From assembly GCA_048938105.1 (NCBI GenBank), contig JBHLMN010000006.1, positions 192,001 to 256,000 of the forward strand: DNA of 64,000 bases, given 5' to 3'. Source of the DNA: Promethearchaeota archaeon. Lineage in GTDB: Archaea; Asgardarchaeota; Heimdallarchaeia; Hodarchaeales; Hodarchaeaceae. The notes below the pieces were generated by a model. The model did no database searches and had not been told where the DNA came from. It was given only the letters and a program-made list of their open reading frames with translations. This document shows positions 38,028-46,589 of this stretch, piece by piece (the stretch's first letter is position 1; every line of letters starts with the position of its first letter). Both the position numbers and the translations under genes were made by a program.

Positions 38028-38311
38028 GGTTCTATACCCTCCTGTGGTATTTGAATTTCAGTAACGAAGATTGAAACCGAGGGACATAGTCTCTCACATT
38101 GTTGACATCCTACACATTCATCAGGCTTCACAGCGACAGCTGGGTGTAGCATTCGTGAGTTATATGCATCCAAATCAATCTCTATAACATTTGTCGGACA
38201 GAATTCCACACATAATTCACATCCATCACACTGTTCAGTTAGTATTGACACAACATACTCATGTTCAGCACGAGGAGGTGGTAATATGGGCTTCCGTTGG
38301 CTTCTTAACAT
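38024..38311 (-). CDS. korD: 2x[4Fe-4S] ferredoxin, OFOR delta subunit
   Basis: CDGCELCVEFCP and CVGCQQCERLCP; overlaps the korA start. Confidence 0.85.
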   Translation of the reverse strand: MLRSQRKPILPPPRAEHEYVVSILTEQCDGCELCVEFCPTNVIEIDLDAYNSRMLHPAVAVKPDECVGCQQCERLCPSVSIFVTEIQIPQEGIEP

Positions 38312-38907
38312 TTTCTTTCCTCTTTATGAAGTTCACACTTCTAATCATATTATTCTTAGTTATGGTTCAATTTAAAGACTAGGCTTTTAAATTTGCTTTT
38401 TGTTGGGTTAATTCGATTTCACTTTATAGTTACTTCTTAGTTATAATCATTCTTATGTAAAATAGATCTTGTTCAATCCCCTAGTATTTTCTCAATTGTT
38501 AACTATTATCATTGATTCTTTCTTCTCAGATATTGATCTTCGATGACAATCCATTCGTTCTTATCATTAAGCATCTCAGTTTATTCTTACGCCAATAATT
38601 CTGGTTTTTAAAGGATTATTAAGATATGGTAAGTTAATTAGTAATCTAACATTAACCTAAAATGAAGATTAGAATAATATTTCTGATAAATCTAATTTAT
38701 TATGGTCATTAACTATTTAAAATGATTGTTATACGTAAATCATACTCCTAAACAATTGTTATTACGTCATAAAAATTGTTCCAATTATATTTTTGAAAAA
38801 ATTCTCACCACTTTTCTCCGTAAGAGTGTTAGAGATAATTATTTCAATCTTAACGTTCTTGTTGCCTTTAAAGATAATAATTTTCTTTTTAATTTTAAAA
38901 GTGTTGA

Positions 38908-39768
38908 TCAAAGTTCTCTGATCTCTTTGATTAATTCCCCTGCTTCATTACACTTTTCCTGAATTAAAAGTATATTAGGTTTCTCTGATTCATCCAAAGT
39001 TCCTCTCATCTCAATAATAGAAGCCGCGCTGATTATGATCTGAAGAATATTTCCAATATTATGTGAGTATTTATCTTTCAGCTGATCTTTGTCCATATAT
39101 GCAATACCTCTTTCAAGATGAATAAAAAGAACAATAATTAGGATGGTTAATAAAATCCCCATTGTATAATTGCTGATTATCGCTAATATATTTGTAGAAT
39201 AATATAATCCATAAGAGTAATCCTCTATTGATAACATAAGGATGATTGATAAGATCAAATAACAGATTACACTAATAATAGTTAAATATAACCATTTAGC
39301 TCCTCCTCTTATAGTTGTATTGATTTCTTTTCCTTTAAGTAAGATCATCAAGGAGATAGCAACATATGATATAAAAATCATCGCAACTGCAAAGGGTAAT
39401 GCAAATGTTTCCCCAAATAGTCCATAAATTGTTAGGGGAAATATCATATAAAATAAAGTCACTAAAAACATTATTTTTCCTGGAACAAAGCGAAAATACG
39501 ATAAAATTCCCATGAAGATAAGGATTAGCCCTTCTGCACTCAAAATCGCATTCATGAGAAGGAGGATTTCATTTAGAAAACCTGTAGTGAGATTATCAGC
39601 AATAATTGGTAAAAATCCAGTCACTACCCAACAGATCCAACCAAAAACAGGTGCGATAAATCTCTTTTTTTTCAGATTGATTAAGAATTCAATAGAAAGA
39701 GCCAAACCAATTATTCGAATAATGGTTAGAAGAATTAAGTTGTAAAACGAGAGAAGATTCATTTTCAT
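38908..39768 (-). CDS. Multi-pass membrane protein with a C-terminal HisKA/DHp-like helix pair and no ATPase domain
   Basis: About 7 hydrophobic segments, then the H-box-like DKYSHNIGNILQII; ends about 50 aa later. Confidence 0.65.
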   Translation of the reverse strand: MKMNLLSFYNLILLTIIRIIGLALSIEFLINLKKKRFIAPVFGWICWVVTGFLPIIADNLTTGFLNEILLLMNAILSAEGLILIFMGILSYFRFVPGKIMFLVTLFYMIFPLTIYGLFGETFALPFAVAMIFISYVAISLMILLKGKEINTTIRGGAKWLYLTIISVICYLILSIILMLSIEDYSYGLYYSTNILAIISNYTMGILLTILIIVLFIHLERGIAYMDKDQLKDKYSHNIGNILQIIISAASIIEMRGTLDESEKPNILLIQEKCNEAGELIKEIREL

Positions 39769-39932
39769 TCAGCATCTAGTATGTCTCAAGAGAACACTTG
39801 ATTGAATTCGATGATCTTTAAAATACTTCTCAAATATGTGATCTCCTCCCTTTTTAGAAACATGTAATATTCACAGGAATTGTGTGCCTTTGGAAAAAAA
39901 GAAAGTTAAAGAAATAGTAACACTGATTGAAA

Positions 39933-40439
39933 CTATTCCCCGAGGAATTGCATCATTTTATTTTCATGTACAACTTCTTCTTCTAAGATATGCATCATGA
40001 GGTTGTAAGTTCGAAAATCTTTGTCTTTAGTTAACTCCATGAGTTTCACATATACCCCGATGGCACATCGTTCGTCCTCTTTTATTAACTCCGCCATCGC
40101 AGTCAAATCATTGGCATCTGGAAGCGTATTTGGATATTTACAATTCGCCTGGCGGTTGACTTCATCCCACATGACAATTGGCTGACCTCCCAATTCGAGA
40201 ATTCTCTCAGCTAATTCATCAGCGTGTTCTAACTCTTCTTCTGCAATTTCTTTTACTGCATCTGCAAATTGAAAGGATCCCCTACCATTTGCGATAGTTG
40301 CTAAACTAATGTATTGAAAGTAAGCTAACCACTCATCGCAGTATGCTTTATTCAATTCTGATACTATTTCTTCTTTATTCCCCTTTACAAGATCAACACT
40401 TTTTGTACCCATCTTTTCTGTCTCCTTTGAAATACACAA
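39933..40439 (-). CDS. DPSL/bacterioferritin-related ferritin-like protein
   Basis: DEWLAYFQY, EELEHA, NCKYP, DERCAI, EEVVHE. The likely start is the internal ATG (MGTKS) after a GGAG RBS. Confidence 0.8.
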   Translation of the reverse strand: MCISKETEKMGTKSVDLVKGNKEEIVSELNKAYCDEWLAYFQYISLATIANGRGSFQFADAVKEIAEEELEHADELAERILELGGQPIVMWDEVNRQANCKYPNTLPDANDLTAMAELIKEDERCAIGVYVKLMELTKDKDFRTYNLMMHILEEEVVHENKMMQFLGE

Positions 40440-40576
40440 TTTATATCATTCGAATGGATTTATTTTTTTAAGCCTAGTTTGAGTGTCTTTTAATTGTCTC
40501 TACCTTACTTATTAATGTCAGTATATTTTTTTCGGAACTTCATCTTCAAAAATATTGAATATTAATTAATACTTGA

Positions 40577-40614
40577 TATTAACTAATATTCAAATCCTAA
40601 TTTATTAGTTAATA
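40577..40614. promoter_or_regulatory. 12-bp inverted repeat, candidate operator in a divergent promoter
   Basis: TATTAACTAATA-14 nt-TATTAGTTAATA, about 30 bp upstream of dps. Confidence 0.4.
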
Positions 40615-40642
40615 GACTACTAAACTAAAAGGATATGAAAAT

Positions 40643-41200
40643 ATGACAGCAGAAGTAGCTAGAAAAATGGTAGAGAAAGCTGGAATTGATGTCGATAAAT
40701 TGTTGGAGCTATTAATTAAGAATGCAGCAGCAGAACTAACGACATATTATTATTATACCATATTACGGACAAATCTTATTGGATTTGACGGAGAAGGTTT
40801 GAAAAAGATTGCTGAAGATGCAAGAATAGAAGACAGAAATCATTTTGAGGCTTTAGTTCCTAGGATCTATGAGCTCGGTGGAAAATTACCTGATGATATG
40901 AAAGAGTTCCATGATGTTTCGGCTTGTCCGCCTGCGTATTTACCGAAGGATATTACTGATGTGAAAGAAATTGTTAAAGTCTTACTAAAAGCAGAACAGT
41001 GTGCAGTTCGAGGATACACTGAAATCTGCAATATGACGGCTGGGAAGGATCATAGAACCTATGATTTAGCTTTAGCAATCCTAAATGAAGAAATTGAGCA
41101 TGAAGCATGGTTCACAGAATTTTTAGGAAAAGGGCCTTCAGGACACTTTCTCAGACCTAATGGTGTGAACAGCCCCTATGTTTCAAAGTTTCTTCATTAG
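40643..41200 (+). CDS. dps: Archaeal DPS-like (DPSL, thioferritin) protein
   Basis: [51 protein letters not shown]. Confidence 0.92.
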   Translation: MTAEVARKMVEKAGIDVDKLLELLIKNAAAELTTYYYYTILRTNLIGFDGEGLKKIAEDARIEDRNHFEALVPRIYELGGKLPDDMKEFHDVSACPPAYLPKDITDVKEIVKVLLKAEQCAVRGYTEICNMTAGKDHRTYDLALAILNEEIEHEAWFTEFLGKGPSGHFLRPNGVNSPYVSKFLH

Positions 41201-41308
41201 AAACACATCCCCTTTTCTTCTTTTTTCTAATTCCAAATTTTTTTTTAACTGAATGTAGAATGCATAGATTAAATTCAGATTTACACCTTAACAATATTTT
41301 AAGGACGG

Positions 41309-41698
41309 ATTACAATAAGATATACCAACCAGCGAATTACTATCTTAGATTTTCTCAAAGACAATCTTAATCATCCTACTGTAGAAGAGATCTTTAAAGA
41401 AGTTAGGAAGAGCTTACCAAGAATAACTAAAGCCACTGTTTATAAAAACTTAGATGTTCTTACCGAAGAGGGGTTAATTAGGGAAGTCAATGTAAAGGGA
41501 GTCTCAAGATTTGAAGCAAAGACAGAAGCTCATCATCATCTTATATGTAAATCCTGTGGGAAAATTACCGATTTTAATTCCAAAGAATTAATAGATTATG
41601 CTTTACAATTGATACAGAATCAGAAAGATTTTAAAATTAGCACTGCAGAAACTAATTTTTATGGTTATTGTGTAGAATGTAAAAAAGATGAATTATAA
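41309..41698 (+). CDS. fur: Fur/PerR-family metalloregulator (absent from the ORF track; no ATG/GTG/TTG start)
   Basis: Hand translation: ITIRYTNQRITILDFLKDNLNHPTVEEIF...ATVYKNL...HHHLICKSCGKI...FYGYCVECKKDEL*. An in-frame TAA at 41300-41302 bounds the ORF. Confidence 0.88.
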   Translation: MTIRYTNQRITILDFLKDNLNHPTVEEIFKEVRKSLPRITKATVYKNLDVLTEEGLIREVNVKGVSRFEAKTEAHHHLICKSCGKITDFNSKELIDYALQLIQNQKDFKISTAETNFYGYCVECKKDEL

Positions 41699-41748
41699 AC
41701 ACCATAATTTTAATTGATCAAAATAAAAAAATAAAGAGAGGAATATCT

Positions 41749-42291
41749 CTACTTCAAGATTGGATATCTCTCAACAAAAGAAAGCTTTGACCACTTTTTA
41801 CCTAAGCCAAGATAATTACCAACTGGTACCATAATGAACAATAATAGTACGAGAATATAGATAATGTGTTCATCGATTAAAGGATTGAATACCATCGTAC
41901 CTTGAGCAGGAGCAATAAGCCACTCGGAAAGATATACAGAGATTAGGAAGATTATAGTAGAAATACTCGATAATCTTACAAGAACTCCAGACATAAGGCC
42001 AATACCAGCAAATAGTAACATCCCCATATATGCAACATCTACGAGTTGATATGTGCTCCCTAAGATATCTGTGAAAAGAAAAGCAAATGGACTATTTTGA
42101 TTCACACCGTAGAATTTCAAGAATCCTTCTGTAGGAGATGCACCAGCAATCCACGAGTTCTCAGGTGTCGTAGCAAACCCTAATCCAAACATTTTATCTA
42201 AGAATGGCCATAGAAACACGAATCCCATCACTATTCTTAATACACCAAGAGTTATTTGTTCAAAGTTATATTTCTCAAATTTTGAATTCAA
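41749..42291 (-). CDS. DoxX/DoxD-family membrane protein
   Basis: LRIVMGFVFLWPFLDKMFGLGFAT, SPTEGFL, NPLIDEHIIY, LGLGKKW. Confidence 0.85.
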   Translation of the reverse strand: MNSKFEKYNFEQITLGVLRIVMGFVFLWPFLDKMFGLGFATTPENSWIAGASPTEGFLKFYGVNQNSPFAFLFTDILGSTYQLVDVAYMGMLLFAGIGLMSGVLVRLSSISTIIFLISVYLSEWLIAPAQGTMVFNPLIDEHIIYILVLLLFIMVPVGNYLGLGKKWSKLSFVERYPILK

Positions 42292-42413
42292 TTATTGTCC
42301 CTTCTATTGAATTAATATTACTAATTAACAATTGTTAACTTGTTATATTTCAATAATATGATCTGATTTTCGTAAGATTTAATAAAGAATCTTTATTCTG
42401 CTATATTGAAATT

Positions 42414-43094
42414 ATGCAAACAAAAGAACATGAATCGTTTTTAGATGTGAATAAAGGTAGACTCTTATTCTCAACTATATTCACGATCTTACTCCCAATC
42501 TTTACCCTTCTATCTCCGCTCTTAGTAATAATTTTTAATTTCCTTTATTTTCCTTTCACTTTGATTCATGAATTAGGACATCTTCTTACAACAACTCTAT
42601 TTTTACCTAATTTAAATCCTCACTTAGAATTTCATCAATTTGAATGTGAATTCTGTTGTGCTTGCCTAACTACTAATGAATTTCCTTATTGTTGGCAATC
42701 TATAATTGTCATGCTTGCTGGATCTGTTTCAGTAATAATTTTCGCAATTCTTTGTATTTTTTCATTGTTTCGGATGGGTTCGGACATCTCATATAATATT
42801 GGAAAGTATTATTTTTTCTTTGGCATATTAGCTGATCTTCCCAATCTTTTACCAATCCACCCTTCTTCCTTAGGATTCATTACCGATGGTTTTGCGATAA
42901 GCACTTGTTTGTGTCAAATGGGGTGTTTCCCCTTTTTATCAGATGAATTGTCATATATTTTTTCTCTAATCTCGATTCTACTAGTTCTGGCATCCTTTTT
43001 CCTCCTTGGAACTTTTTTTTATCGCTTGGGAGAACTTATAATGAATAAATTCGAGAAAGACGAGGTAAATGAACCAGTTTCATCTAATAAGTAA
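42414..43094 (+). CDS. M50-family (M50B-like) intramembrane zinc metalloprotease
   Basis: TLIHELGH (HExxH) in a TM segment, LAG motif, NLLP...TDG. Confidence 0.7.
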   Translation: MQTKEHESFLDVNKGRLLFSTIFTILLPIFTLLSPLLVIIFNFLYFPFTLIHELGHLLTTTLFLPNLNPHLEFHQFECEFCCACLTTNEFPYCWQSIIVMLAGSVSVIIFAILCIFSLFRMGSDISYNIGKYYFFFGILADLPNLLPIHPSSLGFITDGFAISTCLCQMGCFPFLSDELSYIFSLISILLVLASFFLLGTFFYRLGELIMNKFEKDEVNEPVSSNK

Positions 43095-43268
43095 TTTTGA
43101 AGATACTGGTTATAGTAAGTAGTTATATGTTTGTTTTTGTTGTTATCTAATTCGAAAAAAGAACGAACATACTTAATAAATAAAATCATCCTCCTCAAGA
43201 ATGTTCAGAAATTTGAATTTTTAGATAAAAAATGAAAAATGGTTCAATTTCTGTAAGAAAAGTTAGAG

Positions 43269-43781
43269 TTGATACTTATGGGAAAAATAGAAGAGGATTT
43301 AATGGCAGCTTTTGCTGGTGAAAGTCAAGCAAACCGAAAATATCTAGCATATGCAAAAAAGGCGGAAAAAGATGGATTTCCTCAGATAGGACGGCTTTTT
43401 CGTGCAGTTGCTCATGCTGAGACTATACATGCTCACAACCACCTACGTGTTTATGGTGGAATTAAAACAACTCTTGAAAATATTAGGGCAGCAATAGAGG
43501 GGGAACATTATGAATTCACTAAGATGTATCCTGAATTCTTGGAGGATGCCAAGGAAGAAGGGAGGAAAGCTGCGGAACGGACGTTTGATTTTGCCAATCA
43601 AGTAGAGAAAATACACCATGAATTATATTCACGTGCGCTAAAAACGGTTGAAAGTGATAATGACCTTCCAGAAAAGCCAATGTACGTGTGTGAAGTCTGT
43701 GGTTATACGATTGAAGATGGGATCCCAGACAAATGTCCCATTTGTGGTGCCTCTCACGAGAGATTTACTAAGATAGAATAA
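43269..43781 (+). CDS. rbr: Rubrerythrin
   Basis: AFAGESQANRKY, AETIHA, EKIH, and a C-terminal rubredoxin-like CEVCG...CPICG. Confidence 0.95.
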   Translation: MILMGKIEEDLMAAFAGESQANRKYLAYAKKAEKDGFPQIGRLFRAVAHAETIHAHNHLRVYGGIKTTLENIRAAIEGEHYEFTKMYPEFLEDAKEEGRKAAERTFDFANQVEKIHHELYSRALKTVESDNDLPEKPMYVCEVCGYTIEDGIPDKCPICGASHERFTKIE

Positions 43782-43852
43782 GAAAGTCTTTTTCTAAGAG
43801 ATTTCTATATCTTTTTTCTTCTATACTTTCCTTAAGACAAGGTGATAATGGA

Positions 43853-44416
43853 TTGACATTTGAAGACTTAGTTAATAGAAGAAGAGCATATAGAGCATTA
43901 GAATCTGTTGAGATAACAAAGGAATTAATCGAAAAAACTGCGTATATAGCTCAATTAGCTCCCTCATGCTTCAATAAACAACCATGGAGATATATCTTCG
44001 TTTTTGAGAAAACATTACTCACAAAATTGCAGAATGAGGGTCTTTCAACAGGAAATAAATGGGCAAAAGATGCTAGTATGATCATTGCAGTATTTTCCAG
44101 AGTTGATTTAGATTGTGTAATAGGTGACCGACAATATTATCTATTTGATACGGGAATGGCAACTGCACTTATGATTCTGTATTTAACTGATCAAGATTTA
44201 GTTGCACATCCAATAGCAGGATTTGATCCAGTAAAAGTAAAGGAAGTCTTGGAAATCCCTAATGAAATGCATCTGATAACTTTAATAATCGTTGGGAAAA
44301 AAGCAGATAAAATTCCAGACTTTTTTGAAGACTATCAAAAGAAAAGTGAAGTAAAACGCCCAGCACGAAAACCTTTAGATGAGTTTATCTACATGAATAA
44401 ATACTTCAAAAAGTAG
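43853..44416 (+). CDS. Nitroreductase family protein
   Basis: RRRAYR, APSCFNKQPW, DTGMA, HPIAGFD, RKPL. Confidence 0.9.
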   Translation: MTFEDLVNRRRAYRALESVEITKELIEKTAYIAQLAPSCFNKQPWRYIFVFEKTLLTKLQNEGLSTGNKWAKDASMIIAVFSRVDLDCVIGDRQYYLFDTGMATALMILYLTDQDLVAHPIAGFDPVKVKEVLEIPNEMHLITLIIVGKKADKIPDFFEDYQKKSEVKRPARKPLDEFIYMNKYFKK

Positions 44417-44435
44417 TGTTAAATAATCCTTCTAA

Positions 44436-44576
44436 CTAGTCATTGATTCTTACAAAGTACTTTTTCGGAGCTTTACACCAAGGACAAACCCAATCGTGTG
44501 GAAGCTCTTCAAACGGAATTCCTTTTTTTTCGTCATCATATGTATATCCACACATTCTACATTCCCAAATTGCCAT
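44436..44576 (-). CDS. rub: Rubredoxin (46 aa; absent from the ORF track)
   Basis: Hand translation MAIWECRMCGYTYDDEKKGIPFEELPHDWVCPWCKAPKKYFVRIND*, with an AGGTG RBS upstream. Confidence 0.92.
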   Translation of the reverse strand: MAIWECRMCGYTYDDEKKGIPFEELPHDWVCPWCKAPKKYFVRIND

Positions 44577-44823
44577 ATTTTGCACCTTGTTAAATGTTGA
44601 TATTTACTGAAATCAAAACTTTGGGATTCAGAATAATATTTGCTTAGAAATAGGCTATTTTATCAAAGATTATTTGGATTAATATCTTTAATCAGTCCAT
44701 CTAATTTTTGATATGGTATAATTGATAACGAATTTCATATTGAAAAGATTATAATCCAATAAATTAATGTCATATCGAGAACCATGTATTTTATTCAAAG
44801 ACTCTGATATAAGTGATGAATGA

Positions 44824-45375
44824 ATGAAATTTAATACTTTATTAGATGTCTTCAAAAGAAAAAAACAACCTCCTCAAATTCACTTAGAATATATCATTAT
44901 CTGTCAAAATTCAGGCCAACCTATCTATACAAAATGTTGGGGGAATGTTTGCGGGATGTTGGGAAAAAAAGATGAATTAATGACTGCATTTCTAGCAGCA
45001 ATTTCCACAATGCCAAGAATGTTTGCCGAATCAGATAGAAAAGTCCATAGTATGAGTATTGGATCATTAGAATTGTTATTTTCATATACAGAATCAGAAA
45101 ATATTATATGCCTGGCATTTCCAATGAGGGACGTAAATAAGAACACAATGGGAATTGTAAATAATCTCTTCAAGGATATCTCTCAATTGTTAGATGAGGA
45201 TTTTTCTAAAACACCCTGGGATCGATTAAACGATCCAAAAGTCCTCTTGTTTGAAAAGGAACTCCTGAAGAAAGCTATTCATCCATGGTTCCATCTTGTA
45301 TTGGCAAATAATGGAGCTAAACATGAAGAGAATTGCCCAATATGCATGCCAATGATTTTACAATCATGTTCCTGA
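44824..45375 (+). CDS. Longin-like domain protein with Cys motifs (CWGNVC, HEENCPIC)
   Basis: Pattern YIII-xx-SGQPIY...ELMTAFLAAI...SMSIGSLELLF...IICLAF plus a helix, typical of Asgard longin domains (from recall). Confidence 0.65.
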   Translation: MKFNTLLDVFKRKKQPPQIHLEYIIICQNSGQPIYTKCWGNVCGMLGKKDELMTAFLAAISTMPRMFAESDRKVHSMSIGSLELLFSYTESENIICLAFPMRDVNKNTMGIVNNLFKDISQLLDEDFSKTPWDRLNDPKVLLFEKELLKKAIHPWFHLVLANNGAKHEENCPICMPMILQSCS

Positions 45376-45450
45376 TCTACTTACTGAATGATTGTTTTAA
45401 TGTAATCTCAACAATATTAAAAAGAATATATTAAATTACGTGAGGAATAA

Positions 45451-46548
45451 ATGAAACTCAAATCCATACTAAATATTTTTAAAAAAAAGAAACGATCTAG
45501 GGGAATTAACTTAGAGTACCTCATCATTTATCAAGATTCGGGGCAGCCAATTTATTCCAAGTGTTGGGGAAATGTTTGTGGGTTGTTAGGAAAAAAAGAC
45601 GAATTATTAACAGCTTTTTTAGCTGCTGTCTCCACGATGCCAGGGATGTTCGCTGAATCAGACACCAAAGTTCATAGTATGAGTATTGGATCCTTAAAAT
45701 TATTATTCTTTTATACAAAATCAGATAATATTATTTGTGCAGCATTTGAGGAGAGAGATGTCAATCCTGAAACAATGGAAATTGTAAATAACCTCTTCAA
45801 AAGTGTTTCCTTGTTATTAGATGAAGAATATCAAGGAACTCCCTGGGATCGATTGAACGATCCAAGAGTCCAAGCATTTGAAAAAGAACTACTTTCAAGT
45901 ATAATCTACCCTTGGTTTCATGTTGCCTCATACATTAATGGAAGTTCTCATGATGAGAATTGTCCTTTATGCATGCCTACGATACTAAGCATGGATAAAA
46001 AGCTTCCTGTCTGGGGAAGAATCAAGAATAATTATTCAACAGAGACTCAATCACTAGCAAAAGTTGAAACACAAAGCGGTTCATTGCAAATAGGTGATCT
46101 AGCTCCTGACTTTGTTGCGGAAACTGATAGAAGTGAATCAATAAGACTTTCTGATTATCAAAACAAAAAAAATGTTGTTCTCTTCTTTTACCCCAAGGCA
46201 AACACTCCAGGATGTATTATTGAGGCACAAGGATTTCGTGATGCCTATAATGAGCTGAAAAATCTAAATGCAGAAGTCATTGGAATCTCGGTTGACAACA
46301 TTTCTGATTTGCAATCCTTTAGAAACGACCAACAACTCCCATTTCCACTAATAACTGACATTGAAAAAGATATTTCAACTAAATATGGCTGTTTAAATGA
46401 CAAAGTTGGATTGGCTAAAAGAACAACTTTTCTAATCGATAAGCAAGGGAAGATTAGAAATATCTGGAAGCTTTCAGGGACGTTTGTTCAAGAACGATTG
46501 TTTCAACATGCACTTGATATTAAAAAAACTCTATTAGACTTAAATTGA
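45451..46548 (+). CDS. Longin-like domain fused to a BCP/PrxQ peroxiredoxin
   Basis: The N-terminal ~180 aa are a close paralog of the upstream gene. The C-terminal part has GDLAPDF, FFYPKANTPGC (peroxidatic Cys), GISVD, RTTFLID. Confidence 0.85.
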   Translation: MKLKSILNIFKKKKRSRGINLEYLIIYQDSGQPIYSKCWGNVCGLLGKKDELLTAFLAAVSTMPGMFAESDTKVHSMSIGSLKLLFFYTKSDNIICAAFEERDVNPETMEIVNNLFKSVSLLLDEEYQGTPWDRLNDPRVQAFEKELLSSIIYPWFHVASYINGSSHDENCPLCMPTILSMDKKLPVWGRIKNNYSTETQSLAKVETQSGSLQIGDLAPDFVAETDRSESIRLSDYQNKKNVVLFFYPKANTPGCIIEAQGFRDAYNELKNLNAEVIGISVDNISDLQSFRNDQQLPFPLITDIEKDISTKYGCLNDKVGLAKRTTFLIDKQGKIRNIWKLSGTFVQERLFQHALDIKKTLLDLN

Positions 46549-46589
46549 AAATAATTTATTTTCATAATTATAATCCAGGTGATTGAAAT

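Noticed and set aside
38726-38962. 78-aa ORF in the AT-rich spacer (also 15477..15764 and 33493..33690)
   Set aside because: Low-complexity intergenic sequence overlapping neighbouring genes, with no recognisable motif
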